Shown here: piece after piece, positions 32,383 through 36,126 of the stretch | How the letters are laid out: every line of letters begins with the position of its first letter | Numbering within the stretch: position 1 is the first letter of the stretch | Origin: a virus | Taxonomy: Duplodnaviria; Caudoviricetes | IMG/VR virus record: IMGVR_UViG_3300047290_000027 | Location: 1 to 36,126 of that record | Strand: one strand, 5' to 3' | Length of the DNA: 36,126 nt | Position numbers and translations under genes: made by a program | Notes under the pieces: generated by a model | What the model saw: the letters and a program-made list of their open reading frames with translations, nothing else | Database searches by the model: none | Told to the model about the DNA's origin: nothing

Positions 32383-34553
32383 TCAACGATTTGCAAATGA
32401 CCACCGACATGGCCGCCGTCAATCCGATGGATGATACCGAGTTACAGGGCATTGTTGCCGGTGAATTGGAAGATGCCGTCAGCTACATTGATGCCGATGT
32501 CTCGCCGATTCGCGCCAAGGGAACAGAGTACTACCGTGGCGACCCCTTTGGAAACGAGGAAGATGGCCGCAGCCAGGTGGTAGCGATGGAGGTGCGCGAC
32601 ACGGTGAGCGCCATGCTGCCAAGTCTGATGCGCGTTTTCTTCAGCACCGAGAATGTCGTGGAGTATGTGCCGCGCGGTCCAGAGGACGTGGCTGGCGCAC
32701 AGCAGGCAACCGACTACGCAAACTACATATTCACCGCCGACAACAATGGTTTCATGACCACCTACGCGCTGTTCAAGGACTCGCTAGTGCGTAAGTGCGG
32801 AATTGCAAAATACTGGTGGGATGAGTCAGAAGAGGTCAAGATTGAGGATTATTCTGGCCTCGATGACCAGACTGTGCAGATGCTGATGAGTGAGCAGGCC
32901 GAGGTCAAGATTGTGGTCAGCTATCCTGATCCATCTATAACCACTGACATGATGCAAATGGATCCGATGACCGGAATGATGCCGCCACAGCCGATGCTGC
33001 ATGACGTGCAGATTAAGCGCACTGTCAAGGATGGCCGCATCAAGATCATGGCCGTGCCACCAGAAGAGTTGGTGATTGATCGCCGAGCCAGATCGTTTGA
33101 TGATGCTGGCATCATTGCCCACCGTCAGATGGCGACCGTGGATGATCTGCTCCAGATGGGCTACGAGTTGGAAGAGATTGAAGAAAATATCTCCAGCACC
33201 GATTTGGATAGCAATGACGAGTACTTGGCGCGCCAGCCGCTGTCCACCACCATGGGTGCCGGTGACAGTTTGAATCCTGGTCAGCGCCGCGTGCTGTACG
33301 TTGAGTCCTATATCCGCGTGGACTTTGACGGTGACGGTATTCCAGAATTGCGTAAAGTCTGCTGCATGGGTTCTGGCTATACCGTGGTGCGTAATCTACC
33401 GTCCAGCTACATCCCCTTTGTGGACTTCCCATGTGATCCAGAGCCACATACCTCACCGCTTGAGGCAATGTCGATATTCGATCTAACGCATGACATTCAG
33501 GAGATCAAGTCCGAGGTGTTGAGAAACACGCTTGACTCGCTGGCGCAGTCGATCCACCCGCGCACCGCCGTGGTGGAAGGCCAGGTCAACATTGATGACG
33601 TTCTGAATAACGAAACTGGTGCAATTATCCGAATGCGCGCACCTGGCATGGTGCAGCCGTTCTCTACGCCATTTGTCGGACAGGCCGCATTCCCCATGCT
33701 GGACTACATGGACTCCATGAAGGAAGACCGCACCGGCATGAGCAAGGCCGCGATGGGGTTGGATGCTGATGCATTGCAGTCCAGCACCAAGGCAGCTGTA
33801 GCGGCCACCATTGGTGCCAGCCAAGGACGGCTTGAGTTGCAGGCACGCATACTGGCCGAGGGCATGAAAAAACTGTTTAAGGGCATCTTGTATCTGATGA
33901 CTACCCACCAAGACAAGCCGCGCATGGTGCGCTTGCGTAATGAGTGGGTGGAGATCGACCCTCGAGTCTGGAATTCCAGCATGGACGTGACGGTGAATAT
34001 TGGCTTGGGCAATGGCGACACCAATGAGCGCATTCAGGCGCTGACCATGATTGCCGGAAAGCAAGAGCAGATCATGCAGCAGTTTGGTCTGAGCAATCCG
34101 GTGGTGACACCGGCCATGTACATCCGCAGCATCCAGAAGATCATTGAGTTGTCTGGATTCAAGGATGCATCAAGCTACATCCAAACGCTGCCGGCAGACT
34201 TCCAGATGCCGCAGGCTGATGCACCAAAGCCAACGCCAGAGGAAGTGCTGGCTCAGGTTCAGGCTCAGTCGATTCAAGCCGACATCCAGAAGAAGGCTGC
34301 CGAGTTGGAGTTGAAACGCGAGCAGATGATCCGCGATGACGATTACCGTAGAGATCAAATGGCGCAAGACTTAATGCTCAAGAAATATGAACTTGAGTTA
34401 AAGTACAACACACAAATTAGCACTGCCGAGATCGAAGCGCGGCAGGCTATGGATCGGGAGGCCATGCAGCAGCAGTCAGCAATTGTCCAGCAGGCAGTGC
34501 AGACGGCGGCGAATGTGCCTCCACCCATCAACCTTAATGGAATGGCTCAATGA
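32379..34553 (+). CDS. Portal protein
   Basis: 724 aa; EYYRG, GRSQVV---V-DTV----PSLMRVF, Gln-rich helical C-terminal barrel; between terL and scaffold. Confidence 0.9.
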   Translation: MINDLQMTTDMAAVNPMDDTELQGIVAGELEDAVSYIDADVSPIRAKGTEYYRGDPFGNEEDGRSQVVAMEVRDTVSAMLPSLMRVFFSTENVVEYVPRGPEDVAGAQQATDYANYIFTADNNGFMTTYALFKDSLVRKCGIAKYWWDESEEVKIEDYSGLDDQTVQMLMSEQAEVKIVVSYPDPSITTDMMQMDPMTGMMPPQPMLHDVQIKRTVKDGRIKIMAVPPEELVIDRRARSFDDAGIIAHRQMATVDDLLQMGYELEEIEENISSTDLDSNDEYLARQPLSTTMGAGDSLNPGQRRVLYVESYIRVDFDGDGIPELRKVCCMGSGYTVVRNLPSSYIPFVDFPCDPEPHTSPLEAMSIFDLTHDIQEIKSEVLRNTLDSLAQSIHPRTAVVEGQVNIDDVLNNETGAIIRMRAPGMVQPFSTPFVGQAAFPMLDYMDSMKEDRTGMSKAAMGLDADALQSSTKAAVAATIGASQGRLELQARILAEGMKKLFKGILYLMTTHQDKPRMVRLRNEWVEIDPRVWNSSMDVTVNIGLGNGDTNERIQALTMIAGKQEQIMQQFGLSNPVVTPAMYIRSIQKIIELSGFKDASSYIQTLPADFQMPQADAPKPTPEEVLAQVQAQSIQADIQKKAAELELKREQMIRDDDYRRDQMAQDLMLKKYELELKYNTQISTAEIEARQAMDREAMQQQSAIVQQAVQTAANVPPPINLNGMAQ

Positions 34554-34810
34554 ACGAAGAACAAGTACGAAAAGGCCGCCGGTCTGAGCAGTTTATGCAG
34601 GACGAGGTATTTGCAACGGCCTTGGAGAAGATGCGTGGCGATTTGCTTTGGGAGTTTGAGAACAGCAAGCCGGAAGAGGCTGCAAAGCGTGAAATTTGTT
34701 GGGCGCAGTTGCGTGCCATTGAGAATTTCAAGAATGAACTCACCAAAATGATTGACAACGGCAAGGTGGCACAGCGTGCCATTGAGCGCGCGCAAAAGAA
34801 TCTTGTTTAA
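34550..34810 (+). CDS. Small helical protein between portal and scaffold
   Basis: 86 aa, ATGA overlap with portal. Confidence 0.75.
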   Translation: MNEEQVRKGRRSEQFMQDEVFATALEKMRGDLLWEFENSKPEEAAKREICWAQLRAIENFKNELTKMIDNGKVAQRAIERAQKNLV

Positions 34811-34825
34811 ATAGGAAAATAGACC

Positions 34826-35818
34826 ATGCAGACAGTAGCACCAACGCCAGCAGGCAGTGCCGTTCAAGGTCCGATGAGTATGGCTGAAGCAGCCGATGCA
34901 CTTGTAGGAATGCTCCCCGAAGAGGGACAAGAGGATTCAGGCGAGTCGCAGTTGCCCGAAGAGGGCGCGGCGGGAGATGATGAGTTGCTGACCGATGCAG
35001 ACGCGGATAGCAATGAAACTGATCCCGAACAATCCGAAGAAGATGAAGATTCTGAAGAGGAAGAACAGCCACAAGTCTTCACCGTCAAGGTTGACGGTAA
35101 AGAAGTCGAGGTGTCGCTGGACGAACTCCAAAAGGGATATTCAAGGACTCAGGATTACACACGCAAAACGCAGCAAATTGCCGAGGTGCGAAAGCACGCC
35201 GAGGCAGAGTTGCAGGCAGTGCGTGCCGAGCGCGAGCAATACGCTCATTTGTTAGGAGCTTTAGAGGCTCAGGTTCAACAGGCAACGCAGCCAAACATTG
35301 ATTGGGAACGTCTTTACCAAGAAGACCCCATTGAGTGGGTAAGGCAGCGCGAGGTGATGCGAGAAAACCAAGAGAAGAATGCGGCTATTCAAAGCGAAAA
35401 GCAGCGCCTGTCTCAGTTGTCGCAACAGGAACAAATGCAGCAGCACCAGATGGTGTTGCAGCAAGAGCAAGAGGCTTTGGTGGCGGCTATTCCCGAGTGG
35501 AAAGACTCCAAGAAGGCTGCGGCTGAAAAAGCCATGCTCGTTCAATTCGGCCAGAAGGCTGGATTCTCACCTGATGAACTTAAGAATGTTCTTGATCACA
35601 GGGCGGTTGTATTGCTGCGAAAAGCGGCGCTGTACGACCAGATGGTGTCCAAGCGTGGACAGATCAAGCCAGTGACGAACAATGGGCCAAGACCCGCAAA
35701 GCCTGGTGCAGCGGGAAGAGTTTCTAACAACACTGAGGCATTGCGAGCACAACAGCGTCTTGCGAAAACTGGCCGTGTCGATGACGCGGCTGATGCAATC
35801 TTCAAACTCTTGAAATAA
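34826..35818 (+). CDS. Capsid scaffolding protein
   Basis: Acidic N-terminus, VKVDGKE-EV-LDEL-KGY---DYTRKTQ, coiled coil, C-terminal RL-KTG--DDAA; precedes MCP. Confidence 0.85.
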   Translation: MQTVAPTPAGSAVQGPMSMAEAADALVGMLPEEGQEDSGESQLPEEGAAGDDELLTDADADSNETDPEQSEEDEDSEEEEQPQVFTVKVDGKEVEVSLDELQKGYSRTQDYTRKTQQIAEVRKHAEAELQAVRAEREQYAHLLGALEAQVQQATQPNIDWERLYQEDPIEWVRQREVMRENQEKNAAIQSEKQRLSQLSQQEQMQQHQMVLQQEQEALVAAIPEWKDSKKAAAEKAMLVQFGQKAGFSPDELKNVLDHRAVVLLRKAALYDQMVSKRGQIKPVTNNGPRPAKPGAAGRVSNNTEALRAQQRLAKTGRVDDAADAIFKLLK

Positions 35819-36126
35819 GGAATTCACCATGTCTATCGTAAGTAACACGTTCACCACATACTCTGCAAAGGGTATTCGTGAAGATTTGAGCAATGTGATC
35901 ACAAACATTTCTCCCGAAGAAACACCGTACCAATCCAACATTGGCCGCGAAACTGTCAACAACACTCTGTTTGAGTGGCAGACCGATGCACTCGCTGACG
36001 CTGCTGCTAACGCACAGCTTGAGGGTGACGATGTCGGCACATATGATGCAGTAACAGCAACCGTCCGCTTGACTAACTATGCTCAGATTTCACGCAAGAC
36101 TATTGTCTTGTCGAACACTGAAGAAG
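35675..36126. repeat. Terminal direct repeat, right copy
   Basis: Matches 1..451 (127 bp exact, then ~78% nt identity in the MCP coding part by hand count). Confidence 0.95.
35829..36126 (+). CDS. Major capsid protein, second allele, 5' 99 codons (truncated by window end)
   Basis: MSIVSNTFTTYSAKGIREDLSNVITNISPEETPYQSNIGRETVNNTLFEWQTDALADAAANAQLEGDDVGTYDAVTATVRLTNYAQISRKTIVLSNTEE; 6 aa differences from 154..450. Confidence 0.9.
   Translation, partial: MSIVSNTFTTYSAKGIREDLSNVITNISPEETPYQSNIGRETVNNTLFEWQTDALADAAANAQLEGDDVGTYDAVTATVRLTNYAQISRKTIVLSNTEE

Noticed and set aside
35829-36126. Diversity-generating retroelement TR/VR pair formed by the two MCP copies
   Set aside because: Differences are mostly synonymous and involve all four bases, not adenine-specific; no reverse transcriptase gene is present.
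35829-36126. True second capsid gene (tandem paralogue)
   Set aside because: It follows the same scaffold 3' end as the first copy, so it is the same locus on the circle; treated as an allele or assembly effect.
1-36126. Integrase, DNA/RNA polymerase, tRNA, partition genes
   Set aside because: No ORF with tyrosine/serine recombinase, polymerase or ParA motifs and no cloverleaf were seen; a remote homologue among the hypothetical ORFs cannot be excluded without a search.

Overview
This window is an essentially complete genome of a tailed dsDNA phage with a podovirus-like gene set. The unit length is about 35,674 bp, and the last 452 bp re-enter the start of the circle. Gene order on the circle is: terS, a non-coding control locus, terL, small basic/Cys-rich proteins, glycosyltransferase plus SAM methyltransferase, portal, scaffold, major capsid, a second glycosyltransferase, adaptor/tail/fibre genes, an embedded lysis cassette (holin-like proteins, two spanin-like pairs, M15 endolysin), tail nozzle, GNAT-like protein and internal/ejection proteins. 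A leftward block of short accessory genes follows, then a divergent control region, HTH regulator, RuvC-like resolvase, PD-(D/E)XK exonuclease, SSB-like protein, C5 DNA methyltransferase (with a nested second gene), primase-helicase and an iteron-like origin. I found no integrase, DNA polymerase, RNA polymerase, tRNA or CRISPR array. The most striking unexplained structure is at the terS/terL junction. Four perfect DnaA boxes form two inverted pairs, and the second pair brackets a 28-bp XerC/XerD dif-like site and an IHF-like site. This suggests an integrase-free phage that uses host XerCD/DnaA/IHF. Other notable items are two diverged alleles of the capsid-gene 5' end at the contig termini, a candidate anti-start-codon sRNA, a virion-glycosylation-like gene set, a CFI-box domain and a shared GLL motif in the internal proteins. 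The host is probably a Gram-negative proteobacterium (inferred from spanins and the dif/DnaA/LexA-like motifs). All family assignments are from recalled motifs; no searches were run.
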